The notes under the pieces: generated by a model
Seen by the model: the letters and a program-made list of their open reading frames with translations, nothing else
The model's database searches: none
Told to the model about the DNA's origin: nothing
Shown here: piece by piece, positions 15,603 through 46,971 of the stretch
How the letters are laid out: each line of letters starts with the position of its first letter
Numbering within the stretch: position 1 is the stretch's first letter
Made by a program: the position numbers and the translations under genes
NCBI RefSeq assembly: GCF_009914755.1
Contig: NC_060932.1
Direction: 5' to 3' (one strand)
Length of the DNA: 64,000 nucleotides
Source of the DNA: the human T2T-CHM13v2.0 reference genome, Homo sapiens

Positions 15603-16849
15603 TACCATAATAATTGTTAAAGGCATGAGGTAAGGAACTTTCAGGCAAGCTTGGGATCTGTAAATAGTTTGATGTGAGCGTAACATGGAATGCAAATTTG
15701 GGGGTCCAGGAAGCAGGGAAGAATAGATGAAGGTGAGGGCAGGGCTTGGATGCCTGCTAGCCTGCACTCTACTGAATTCTGAAATATGTGGGATGGAGAG
15801 TCTAACTCTGATGTGTGTGTCTCAGAGGAGAAAGTCTCCATTCACTGGATACAGTGAGGCTGAGAGCATGAGCCTAGGCTCACTCTGATCCTGATAGGTT
15901 TGACCAATTCAAGCCATTGGGAACCTGGGAATAATACCCGGGGAAACCTCTGGCAATTCTGTAGTGACTGCTCTGTTTCCCCGGGATGTCAACCCTGACA
16001 ATGGTAGGCAGAAGTCCAGCATCCTATAGAGAGCACTGTCTTTGGAGTTGGGAAAGTCTGCCTGCCATTTTCAGCTGTGCAATTCTGGGCAAGTCATTTA
16101 ACCTCTGACTTCTTGAATGTTCTTATCTGTAAAGTGGGAATAATAACATTATCTTCTGTTGTTGAGAGGACTATGTAAGAAAATGAGTTTTTCATGCTTT
16201 ATAACTGGAAAGCAGCATGCACATTTTACTTTCAACATTAGAATCTGGTGCTTTCATTGGCCAAGCAAAGAATCTTGAAAAACCAAGATTTTAAAAATTA
16301 AAAATTAAAAAAGAAGGCTGTGCTTTCATAGCACATGTGGTCCACACAGCTTTCAAGCAAAAAAAAAAATAGCTATTTCCTTCATATATGCAAAAGTCCC
16401 TCAAAAATATTCCTCCAAAATGCATTTCCCTGCTGAGCATTTGCAAGAGTGCTATTATGTACAAAAGGTAACAGAAGGTAAAGTTGGGAGACACAGAGAC
16501 TCAGTTTTTGTCCTGCTGTTAGTATTTTGCAATTAAGCCCACTCCACATCCCATCGTGATAAAAGCAAACTCAGCGGCATTAGTCTCCTCACACCTGCTT
16601 TTCAGTCTCCTCACACCTCTGGCCATTGGGAACCGAAAGGGAAAACTACGCCCAAGCTCACTAAGGAATGCCGTCCTGGCACTGGAGCACAGCCCTCGGA
16701 AGATGCTTCAGAGGCTCAGCTAGCCCCTTTAGGCTGGGAATCCCACTCAGTGAGGTGGAATGACTTCCCGGGACACACAGAGCTAACCCTCAAGTTGGAA
16801 CAGGGTCTTTACCGGGAGATGCAGAGCCTCGGGCTTCAAAGGCTGATAA

Positions 16850-17050
16850 GTGATTGTTTCCTGGGGCTGGGAGGAGGGGAGAATGGGGAGTAACTGCTTA
16901 ATGGATATAGGGCTTCTTTTGGGGGTGACAAAAATATTTTGGAATTAAATCAAGTGTGGTAGTTGCACATTAGTGAATGTACCACATGCCACCCAATTGT
17001 TCACTTTAAAATGGTTAGCTATGTGTCATATGAATTTCACCTGAATTTTA
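16850..17050 (+). mobile_element. L1M 3'-end fragment
   Basis: GGGAGTAACTGCTTAATGGATATAGGG..GGGGTGA..AAAATATTTTGGAATTA..CACTTTAAAATGGT. Confidence 0.8.
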
Positions 17051-17807
17051 GGGAAAGAATAACTTGACGGATAAAAAGCTAGTGAGCAGAACCTTAAGTA
17101 TATTTTCAGTATTTCAGTATATCCACAATAGCATTGCAGAAATGAACCAATATGTCAGAATCATAGCAACAGAGTGCGGTAACTAAGAGCAGCCGGTTTA
17201 TGTAACTAATCCTTTCACAATGGAAAGTAAAAGGATTTAGGATTGAATAATGTAGTTTGAATATTATTGTTATTATTATAACTTAATTGGTGCTTTTTGT
17301 GTTTTTTGAGGGTTTTTTGTTTGTTTGTTTGTTTTTCGGTAGAGACGGGGTTCCAATATGTTGCCCAGGCTAGTCTCGAATTCCTGACCTCAAGCAATCC
17401 TCCTGCCTCAGACTCCTAAAGTGGGATTACAGGCATGAGCCACCACAGCCCGCTCATTAATTTGTGTTTCTGAAGAAGAGTGTAACATAGTGGAAAAACC
17501 AGGCTCAATTTAGAGAGAGCTGAATTCAACTCCTGCCTTTAGTTCCTATTGGCTGCAGGGGCTTGGAAAACTACTGAGCCTCTCTACGCCTTGCGTTTCC
17601 TCATCAGGCAAAATGGGGGCGGAGATGCTGCGTCACCGTCATCTCAGGACTGTGGGGGGGACTGGGTGGGACAGCATAGGTGACATTCACCCGGAAGGTG
17701 CCTCATCAGTGACAGCTATTGTTGTTGTTGTCATTGTCGCCATCGTTGTTGTTACTATACGGTGTAGAAAATCTTTCAGAACATGGACCCATGGGGAAAA
17801 CCGGGTA

Positions 17808-18165
17808 CATCTTAGTCCATTAGGGCTTCTGCGACAAAGCACCACAGACTGCATGGCTTATAAACGACAGAAGTTTCCTTCTTGCAGTTCTGGAGTCTGG
17901 AAGTCCAAGATCGGGGTGCCGGCATGGTCAGATTCTGGTGGGGGTCCTCTTCCCAGCTGCAGATTTCTGCCTCCTCGCTGCATCCTCAAGTAGTGGAAGG
18001 GCCAGAGGAGCTCTCAGGGGTCTCTTTTACAAGGACACTTGTGCACTCATGAGGCCCCCACCCCGATGACCTAATCACCTCCCAAAGGCCCCACCTCCTA
18101 ATACCATCACATTGCGGGCTTAGGATTTCAACTTACAAATTGTGGGGGGACACATGCAGTTCATC
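17808..18165 (-). mobile_element. MaLR LTR (MLT1A-like)
   Basis: CAGTTCTGGAGTCTGGAAGTCCAAGATC...TAATCACCTCCCAAAGGCCCCACCTCCTAATACCATCACATTG signature. Confidence 0.85.
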
Positions 18166-18588
18166 TCAGGGTAATTTTAGAAATTGCTGCCTACAGCCTA
18201 GTTCCAAGTCAGGAACTGTACATGCTACAGTTACTGATGGGACACAGAACGTTTCCGAGAGGTATTTTCCCCCCGCCCATTCTGGCACAGAGCACACACG
18301 GTAGATGGTGGTGACATGGCTGAAGCAGGTGCAGCAACCTCCTCTCCCTGTCAGCTCCTCACAGCCTCTGTGGACACGAGCTGAGAAGAGGATGCCTGTC
18401 ATGTTACTGGCACTTTACAAGGTGACAGCTACTATTAAGAGCAAGAAAGCAAACAGAAACACTGCCAACTACCTGGGATGGCTCAGTGGGAGAGCCTCTA
18501 GCCCTTCATACTCCACCAAGAGCCTTAAATCCTCAAGAAAAGCTGCGAAACATGATTTGTCTTGGAGACACTGCTGTTAAGTGCTTAA

Positions 18589-22457
<3,869 letters not shown>

Positions 22458-22621
22458 ACCAGGGATCATTTGTAATTCAGGCAAGGAGATTTCATGAGTG
22501 AAGCAACAGATCAGGAAGGTTAAGTCCTCTGCTCAAGGTCACACAGCTAGTAAGGGGCAGAACTGGGCAGAACCCCCAAAATGTTAACTGTCCTAACTGC
22601 TTTGATTATTGAATTTAATCC

Positions 22622-23338
22622 TGTGGTGGGGCTCAGGACACACCACCCCAAAATATGACTGTAGGAGACCAGAATATGCCAACCCAAAATATACTTCTTT
22701 GGCGTATTTTGAGCTGGTTATTCTGAGAAACTGCAGACATAGGAGTAGCTCTGAAAAGCTGTCCTTTTGTAAAACAAATTTACATCTATGAAGGAAATCT
22801 ACATTAGTCAAACTATCTGTATCAGGAAGCGGGCTGCTCCAGACAGCTTCTATTACCTGAGAGAATATTTTTAGAGATGAAATTGCGCTATGTTGCCCAA
22901 GCTGGAGTGCAGCGGCTACTCACAGGCACGATCATCATTCACTACTGTCTCAAACTTCTGGGCTCAGGAAGTCATCCCACTTTGGCCGCCCGAGTGGCTG
23001 GGACTACAGGCACATGCCACTGAGCCTGGCTACAGAGGCTGTTTATCTGTGTAACAAGACAACCTTATTCACCATACATTTCTTCCCATCACCCTCCCAT
23101 AACTTGTGTCAAAGCCCCCTTGAGAAACCTCAAGCCCTATTCCTTTCTGCAGCTCAGGATGCTATATAAGCTTCAATCATCGACCCTTCTTCGAGACTCA
23201 CGTTTTGTGGGACTCCTGTGTGAATGCATGTTAATTCAAATGATTTTTCTCCTGTTAGTCTGTCTTATGTCAATTTAGTTTGTAGCCCAGCCAAAGAACC
23301 TAGAAGGGTGGAAGGAAGCCATTTCGCTATCCCCTATG
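22622..23338 (+). mobile_element. ERV1-class LTR (MER34/MER39-like) with an embedded Alu monomer (~22870-23030)
   Basis: CAGAATATGCC..CCCCAAAATAT...TTTTGAGCTGGTTATTCTGAGAAACTGCAGAC head, TATATAAG box, TCCCCTA terminus. Confidence 0.7.
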
Positions 23339-23370
23339 CCTGATACAAGAGAATTAAAATCATATGTATC

Positions 23371-28958
<5,588 letters not shown>

Positions 28959-29078
28959 TATCATCTATTTAGTAGCGGAAGCTGGGCTTGAACCCTGTTT
29001 CCAAACTCTAAGCCCCACAGCAAGAACTGACTCTAGGATTCCAATTCACTCTTGGATACTTAGTAACCAAGTCACTGG

Positions 29079-30114
<1,036 letters not shown>

Positions 30115-30587
30115 CTGGGTGACCACATGAATGTGATAGTGGGGATTGCCAGGAGGAAGAGACTGTCTCCCCAGTAAAAACACATTTGGGGAGACTTCAA
30201 TTCAAGATGTGGTAACAAGGACTGAATTTATCCTCCAGCCTCAAAAACTGGGAAAAAAATGAAACCACTGTTTGCAAACACGGGACAGCAGACAGCAAGG
30301 GTGGTGATACCTGAGAGAGAATAAAGGCTACTACCCAGCCTCTGCTCCTTATCTGGAAATCCCTTCCTTCAAAGCCGCCTTAATGCCACCAGTGCCACGA
30401 ATGGCCCCCAATTCCCTGCTGGAAGGAGTCTCTGTTCTGCCGTGAATGTCTCCAGTGAAGCCTGTCTTTCAACTTGTGCCATCGTATGAGGCCCAGCATG
30501 GCTGTTGGTGCCTGACGGCCAGGCCTCTGGAGCACAGGAGGGCGCCTCCCATCACCGCACATCAGAGAACCGACACTTCACAGATCA

Positions 30588-35345
<4,758 letters not shown>

Positions 35346-35751
35346 TGGCTCCCAGAGGAGAAATGGCTATCAGTCTACTATAAAGATGGGCCTCCAGGTA
35401 TAAGGACAGGTTGCTCCAAGCCTAAGTCAGTTAGAGAACCAGAGCTGGTGGTGAGGGCAAGGCTGTGATTCCTGGGGGGCTACCTGGGGCCACCTGGGCC
35501 TGCCTTCTCATCCATTCCTGCTGCAGGCAGTCAGCTGGCTGGGCTGCCCCTGCCCCTGGCTGGTGAGCGTGGGGTAGGGAAACCGGCCAAGGGCAGAGCC
35601 AGGAGCCAGCCTCGCCTGCCTGCTGCAGGCCTGAGACAGCTGTGGGGTGTGAGACCAGGAGGGAGCTCACAGCGCACAAGCTTGTAGTCACAAGGGGTTT
35701 GAGGGAGCAAGCCACCTGGGCGACACTTGCCCAAGACATACGCTCTAGCTG

Positions 35752-36125
35752 TGTGACTTTGGGAAAATGAGGGATCTTCAAATGGGGAGATTATCGTGAA
35801 TTACCTGGGTGGACCCAATGTAATCACAGGGATCCTTATGAAGGGGAACGAAAGGGTCAAAGTCAGAAACAGGAGAGGAAACCACGCAGCCAGAGGTTGG
35901 AGTGAAACGTTTTGAAGATAGAGGAAAGGTGCCACAAGCCAAGGAATGCAGGAAGCCTCTAGAAAATGGAAAAGCCAAGGAAGGAAGTTCTCCCCTGGAG
36001 CCTCCAGAAGGAACACAGTCCTTCCAACACCTTGGTTTTAGACTTCTGACCTCCAGAAGAGGAAGAGAATAAATCTGTGTTATTCTAAACGACTAAGTTC
36101 GCAGTAATTTGTCGTAGGAAATGAC
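35752..36125 (+). mobile_element. MaLR LTR (MLT1C/D-like)
   Basis: ATGGGGAGATTATC..GGACCCAATGTAATCACAGGG..CCCCTGGAGCCTCCAGAAGGAACACAG..GACTTCTGACCTCCAGAA..AATAAAT. Confidence 0.85.
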
Positions 36126-36697
36126 ACCCTCTAAGCCCCTGAGACCTCATCTGTAAAGTGGAGATGCTAATAGAACCTATTTAATACAGCTGCTTTGTGA
36201 TTTACACACATTAAGGTATTTGAAATGTTTAGAAGAATGCCTGGAAAATAGCATTTAACAAACACTTGGGCAGGTCACTCAAGCTCTCTGGACCCAGAGA
36301 CCCCCAAGGTCAGGAAGGGCTACTTCTGAGTGCGTGTTCTCAGCGGCTGCGGCCACCTCTGGTCTCCCTGGACCAGCAGATCCTTCTGCAGCCCTCCTCT
36401 TTAGCAGGTGCCTGAAGCTGTCAGTCAGACAAGCTCTAGGAAGGTGCCAGGATGGGTATCTTTCTGCATCATGGGGGAGCACTGTGACCTGAAACCCTGA
36501 CCCAGCATTCCCAGGGCATCAGAGGGGAGTTAACGGGTTCGTTGGAGTGGAGAAGAAAGCCCCTTAGCTCCCGACCTTCCTGCAGGGCTGCATTACATAC
36601 AGCCGAGCAGCCAGGAAAGCAACGAGAGGCATCCACTTTCCAGAAGGTCAGGGAAGAGGAATCAGCTCGTTAATAGAATAGTGATTTACCATGTTCA

Positions 36698-38133
<1,436 letters not shown>

Positions 38134-38514
38134 ATGGGGTCAGGTTTTAAAGATGTTGAGGAGCTGCTGTGCATATCACTGCAGAGAGCATCAGATGGGC
38201 AGACACAGGCCATGCCTAGCAAGCTCAACATCTGGTCATGGCCTGAGCCCCACAACTTGCCGGAGGTTACACAAGGTGCTGATGGAGTGTGGAGGGAACA
38301 AGGAGAGTGGCTTGTGCAGGAGGTGCCTCAGGGATGAGGGAAACGCTAAAGCAAGTGAGAAAAGCATGGCCTGATGGCCTCGCAGGACTCAGTGGTAGAG
38401 GCCAGGCCAGGATCCAGCCCATTTCCATCTAAGCCCTCCATTTTTTTTTTTTTTTTTTTGGCTTTAATATCCACATATTGCTTTAAGAAAAAAAATCAAA
38501 ATGTGTAAATGCTA

Positions 38515-38675
38515 TTTTTCAAAGGATAGTCTGTGACCACCGACATCAGAATCACCTGGGGGAATCTGCAAAGACAGAATCCTGGGCCTCTGCCAGCTCC
38601 ACCCGACCTGCTGACTCAGAGTCTCTGAGAGCGGGGTGCAGGGTTTGCATTATTAGCACTCAAGTTTGAGACCCA
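38515..38675. mobile_element. MER5-family DNA transposon fragment
   Basis: CATCAGAATCACCTGGGG..CCTGGGCC..CCTGCTGACTCAGAGTCTCT..AAGTTTGAGAC. Confidence 0.65.
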
Positions 38676-39649
38676 CAGGTTAAGTAATGGGAAAAGCAAA
38701 GACTCAGAGATTTGGCAGGGACCAATGGGTCTGCTTGGCAGAGGCGGAAGGGTAGCATCAGGGTACCTGCTCTGGGCTTGGCTCCTCTTGGCCTTGGCTC
38801 CTCTGGGGCATCATGGGAACAAGGAGGAGCAGACACCTCGCCAGCCGGGGTGTGTCTGAGCCCCAGGAATCCTGCCTCGCAGGGAGGATTCTCTGAGTAG
38901 AGGTGATGTGTTATCACAGTATCAGCATTTCTCAGCCTGACTCATGGAGGGGAGTGACTTTACTGTTAGGGCCTGAGGGGAAATAATGAGGAACTTCTAG
39001 ACCAGTTTCATTTTTATTTTTAAACCCACAGTTCACCCTTGGGCCTTTTGCCAGACCCACTGTTCTAGAACCTAACACCGGCCTGGCCCTTTCTTCTCCC
39101 CCAGGCCACTGTGCCACCTGACTTTGGAAGCAAAGCATGGCTGTGGGTATCATCAGAGTGGCAGAACCCGGAACAGACTAGGCCCAAAGGCTCCCGGCAC
39201 ATCTGTCCAGGCAGCACTCCCCATTAGGCTGGGATGTGGCAGATGCGATGCTGTGGGGGAGACTGAAACCCCTTACTAGGGCCAAAAGGCTGTTTCCCCT
39301 AGACAGGAGACAAATAAACGACACTTTCTCTTGCTTTCGGCTGATGGCAAACTTCTTACTGGCCCAACAGGCTGAGAATCATTTCTGCTTGTCTCTGCTT
39401 TAGTAATAATAAAAGCAAAAGCAGGGATATTTTGCCCTTTCTCCCTCTCCATTGCCCTAAAAGAGCAGTTTCAGGCTTCCTCTACTAAAAGCATATGATC
39501 ATTGACCAGTTATGATCAAAAAAGTGAAAAGAAAAAAAGCAGTTATAAGCCATTAAGAATGCTCTGGGTCAGGTACAGTGGCTCATGCCTGTAATCCCAG
39601 CACTTTGGGAGGGATTTCTCTTCTTGGGAAGCTGCCCAAAGTGCTGGGA

Positions 39650-41009
<1,360 letters not shown>

Positions 41010-41061
41010 TCATTTTAGAAGACTTTACTTTTCAAAAGATCTCTTTGTTGAAGTATAACCA

Positions 41062-41242
41062 ATGGTCTCCTGGAGCTGGCTCAACTGAGCTTGCAAGAAC
41101 CAATCATATGTCTCTTTGCCCAACTCAGAATTGACACCACATTCGTAGCATGTAATCAACCATGGTAGAAATATTTACACCACAGGAATTGACAAATGCT
41201 ACAATTAAGGGCTTTTTAATTAAAACAAATTTTTTTTTTTGC
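41062..41242. mobile_element. hAT-Blackjack MITE (MER63-like)
   Basis: ATATTTACACCACAGGAATTGACAAATGCTAC and terminal GTTAAACATTTACCAGC. Confidence 0.6.
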
Positions 41243-41264
41243 AAGTTAAACATTTACCAGCTTA

Positions 41265-42090
<826 letters not shown>

Positions 42091-43536
42091 TGTAGCCGAC
42101 TTCACTTTGACTCTATTCCTGTTCTCTGCCTCCTATCCCATGCCCTTAACTTCCCTTTCCTTGCAAGCAAGCAGGGTCACCACCCTGGCATCTTCCACTC
42201 TGGGGCAGACCAGACAGGGCCTGGGTTTTGCGTGGGAAAGTAAACCCCAGGCCACTGGGACTAGTTGGTGGGTAACCCTGGAGGCACCGCTGTTCCTTCA
42301 TCTTCAGAGCTCACTTAGGGTGGCAGAGCCATAAAAGGAGCTTCAGATAGGGAAGTAGCTGGTAACCGGAGGTGGAGCCAGCCAGGGTAGTCTCGGTGTC
42401 TGACGTTTCTAAGTGCTTCCAGCTGAGCAGGAACCAGGCTTGCACATTCAGACAATGTATTCCTGTGAATCTGTTCAGCGGCTTAATGCACCATAAAAAG
42501 AGGTCCATTGTCAAGCAGCCTGTTTCCCGGGTGGGAGTCAGCAATATGCAGCGTAAGTGGGTAGAGCCACTGTGGCTCAGAGGCTCCCCGGCTTTGGCCC
42601 TCGGTTGGGGGCGGGTGCTGCCCATGCTTTTGAAAGGAGAGCAGCTAATGTGACTCCCTGGACTCCGCCCCTTTCAACAGCGGGCGCTCTGCTCGTTATT
42701 TTTGACCGGTTTCATGTGCTCACTCGTTCAAGAAATACTCTTGTGATCACCAACTGCAGGTCAAGCATGGAGGAGGTTTATGTCTCTAATTTATCACTTG
42801 TCACCGGGGAAGGTGAGGAGTTTTCAAAGTTCTAGTCATTTTATTATTCTATTTTGCACATGGTGGTCAGTGTGCAAGTTCTCATCATTTTTGAAGTGGT
42901 GAGTGCTGAGGATTAGTATTCTGTGCTACTTTGTGTTAGGCACTAGGACAAGCATGTTACATGTACCGTCACATCAGTGATGTCATTTATCACACCAATT
43001 CTATGATACTAAGACTACCATTATCCCATTTGGGCAAAGGAAAAATGCTGAGGCTTGAAGAGGTTAAGGCTCAGCACATTGTTTTCTGATTTCAAAGTCC
43101 AGACTCTTACCCTCCCCTGATCCTATCCCTCTGGACCCAGGTAACAAATGGCTGTGGCTGGCCCAGCCAGGCTACCAAGCTGCCACCCTTAGGGATGAAC
43201 AGAAGCTGTGCTGCAGGTGATGAAAGTCCCAGGCCCTGCATCCAGTTCACACTGCACGGAGAAGCCAGTGGCTACGCATGGACAGTGTGTGTCTGGCTTT
43301 ATAGAGATGGTCACACAGCATTGGGCGGGTCACTGAGCACTGTTCCACCTTCCAGCCCACAGACTCCCAAGCTGTGTCACATCTAATGGAACTTGAGGCT
43401 CAGAGCTCAGTCCATGTGCCTGAGGTTAGAGATGGCTGTTCACACGTGGGCGTCTCAATAAATGTTGCGCACATTTGCTGGTAAGTGACCAAAGCAGAAG
43501 GTCAACTAGGCCTGTCAAACTCCAACTTGTGTGTCC

Positions 43537-43829
43537 TTTTCTTTTTTTGAGACAGGATCCCTTGCTCTGTTGCCCAGGCTGGTGTGCAGTGGTGCGATCA
43601 TGGCTCACTGCAGCCTTGACTTCCTAGGCTCAAGCAATCCTCCCACTTCAGCCTCCTGAGTAGCTGGGATCACAGGTGTGCACCAGAACGTCGGCTAATT
43701 TTAAGTTTTCCATAGAGATGAGGTCTCACCATGTTGCCTAGGCTGGTCTCAAATGCTGGGGTCAAGTGAGCCTTCCGCCTCAGCTTCCCAAAGTGCTGGG
43801 ATTACAGGCGTGAGCCACTTTACCTGGCT
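43537..43829 (-). mobile_element. AluJ-like
   Basis: Antisense Alu body with GGCTCAAGCAATCCTCCCAC. Confidence 0.9.
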
Positions 43830-45449
43830 TCTGTGGTCTTTTCACTGCATCTTAACATAGCAGGAAAAAGAGCTGTAGTTCTGTAAGTACCGAGCCCAGG
43901 ATGAGGGTTCTCTCCACTATTAGAAGGTGCCCCTGTATGGATTCCAGGTAATCCTCCCTTGTGGTGTCAGTTCCAGAGTCTCAGGGATTCAAGGTGGCCC
44001 AGGAGCGACCTGAGTACCCCACCCAGGGACGCTGGCTAAATGCAGATTCTCAAGCCCTTCCTGAGACTTGGAATCTGCCGGCACTGGGGACCTCAGGTGA
44101 TGCTGCCAAAATGTGAAAACCTGGCCCTAATATATTTTAGGCCAGTGTGCATGTGACACATTTGCCATCTTGTGCCCTCATATTTTCTCAGAGCTATAAA
44201 GTTTTAAGTTCTGTTGAAGAGTGAACCCAAATAAGGCTTCTCCCCTGGCGGTTTTGCAGAAGGTGAAAGTTTTGGCCTCCTGAGCTTCAGACCAGGGTTT
44301 GCTATGTGGTAAGATTTTGCAAAACAGCTGTTTATCTGAGCTTTAATTCTGGTGTTCAGGAGCTCAAGTGTTTGTGTACGGGCTGCTGTGCTCACACACA
44401 GACATGCACACTCTGCTTTCTTCTCAGTCACTCACATTGTACGTGCACCAAGTCACCCTGTGTGCCAGCTCCACCTCTAGCTCCCAAGTGCACAGTGGCT
44501 GTCCATGACATGTTATGAGAAATGCTCGCTGTGGGGCCCTCTGGCAAATGCCTTAATTTCCGAATCCGGAACTTCATTGCCCTTCATGGTTCACCCCTCC
44601 CTGGTGCTGACCTAATGGTAGAGGGCCGGGACAGGCCAGCTTTGACCAGCAGCAGCCAAGAGGCAGCAGAGGGTTGTGGCCAGGAGCTCCATGGCTGAAC
44701 CCTGATGTCAGGGCTCAAAATTCTTGCCTCCACCCTTCATGAGTGACTTGACTTTTTGGCACGCCACGGCTCAGCTGCTCTGAGTATCAGTCTCCTAATC
44801 TGTGAACGGGGAAAGTAACAGTCCCTGCCTCTCAGTACTGCTGAGAGAACTGCAATCGTGCTGCTCAAGCGCTTGGCCTGGTGCTCAGCCCCCGTGGAGG
44901 CCTCAGTATGATGAGCTGCTGGTGGTCCACGGATCCGCCTGCACAGAGTGCTCCTCAGCACAGCACAGGGACTTTGGGGCTGGTCCTGCCTGCCTTCAGT
45001 CTGCCGTTTCCTTCTCCTGTCTGCTCCATCTGTTGCAGGGATGCCACCCCATCCCAGCAGCTTTGCAGGAGCTCAATCTGTGCAGGCTCCTAGGATGAGC
45101 TACGCTCCTTTCTTCAGGCAGCTCCCTGCCAGGTGAACTCTACAGTCATCATTACTTACCTGTGTTTCTCCGCTTCTCAGGGACAGAATATGGGGCTGTC
45201 TTTGCAACCAAAGGCCTGGCACTGTCTAGACAAAAATGGAATGCTTGTGGACCATGTGAGCCTCAGGTGTGTAAGAGTAAGGTGACCTAATTTAGTGGAC
45301 TTCACCTCCATCCCAGGCAGCTGGCTGGAGAGGCCAGGCCTCTGTGGGAGGGACACGTGCTCAGACACCCCTGCTAGAGATGTGAGCCCATTCACTCCAA
45401 ATTACCCACAGACTGCATAATGAGGAGAATCAAAGATTTCCATGGGGTC

Positions 45450-46971
45450 GGAGAACACATGGGGGGGCAGAGGAGAACACATGGGGGGCAGAGGAGAACA
45501 CACTGGGGGGGCGCAGAGGAGAACACATTGGGGGGCGCAGAGGAGAATACATGGGGGGGCAGAGAATACATGGGGTGCAGAGAACACATGGGGGGCAGAA
45601 GAGAACACGGGGGGCAGATGAGAACACATGGGGGGCAGAGGGGAACACATGGGGGGCAGAGGGGAACATATGGGGGGCAGAGGAGAACACATGGGGGCAG
45701 AGGGGAACACATGGAGGGCAGAGGGGAACACATGGAGGGCAGAGGGGAACACATGGAGGGCAGAGGGGAACACATGGGGGCAGAGGGGAACACATGGAGG
45801 GCAGAGGAGAACACATGGAGGGCAGAGGAGAACACATGGGGGCAGAGGGGAATACATGGGGGGCAGAGGAGAACACATGGGGGGCAGAGGAGAACACATG
45901 GGGGGCAGAGGAGAACACATGGGGGGCAGAGGAGAACACATGGGGGCAGAGGGGGAACACATGGGGGGCAGAGGAGAACACATGGGGGGCAGAGGGGGAA
46001 CACATGGGGGCAGAGGGGAACACATGGAGGGCAGAGGAGAACACATGGGGGCAGAGGGGAATACATGGGGGGCAGAGGAGAACACATGGGGGGCAGAGGA
46101 GAACACATGGGGGGCAGAGGAGAACACATGGGGGGCAGAGGAGAACACATGGGGGCAGAGGGGGAACACATGGGGGGCAGAGGAGAACACATGGGGGGCA
46201 GAGGAGAACACATGGGGGCAGAGGGGAACACATGGGGGGCAGAGGAGAACACATGGGGGCAGAGGGGAATACATGGGGGGCAGAGGAGAACACATGGGGG
46301 GCAGAGGAGAACACATGGGGGCAGAGGAGAACACATGGGGGGCAGAGGAGAACACATGGGGGGCAGAGGAGAACACATGGGGGGCAGAGGAGAACACATG
46401 GGGGGCAGAGGAGAACACATGGGGGCAGAGGGGAATACATGGGGGGCAGAGGAGAACACATGGGGGGCAGAGGGGGAACACATGGGGGGCAGAGGAGAAC
46501 ACATGGGGGGCAGAGGAGAACACATGGGGGCAGAGGGGAACACATGGGGGGCAGAGGAGAACACATGGGGGCAGAGGGGAATACATGGGGGCAGAGGGGA
46601 ATACATGGGGGGCAGAGGAGAACACATGGGGGGCAGAGGAGAACACATGGGGGGCAGAGGAGAACACATGGGGGCAGAGGGGAATACATGGGGGGCAGAG
46701 GAGAACACATGGGGGGCAGAGGAGAACACATGGGGGCAGAGGAGAACACATGGGGGGCAGAGGAGAACACATGGGGGGCAGAGGAGAACACATGGGGGCA
46801 GAGGAGAACACATGGGGGCAGAGGAGAACACATGGGGGGCAGAGGAGAACACATGGGGGGCAGAGGGGAACACGGGGGGAAGAGGGGAACACATGGGGGG
46901 CAGAGGAGAACACATGGGGGGCAGAGGGGAACACGGGGGGAAGAGGGGAACACATGGGGGGCAGAGGAGAA
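45450..46971. repeat. G-rich minisatellite/VNTR, 20-22-bp unit GAGGAGAACACATGGGGGGCA, roughly 70-75 copies
   Basis: Directly visible tandem array; gives stop-free ORFs in all six frames. Confidence 0.98.

Noticed and set aside
45450-46971. CRISPR-like array
   Set aside because: Head-to-tail repeats with no unique spacers, eukaryotic context, no cas genes.
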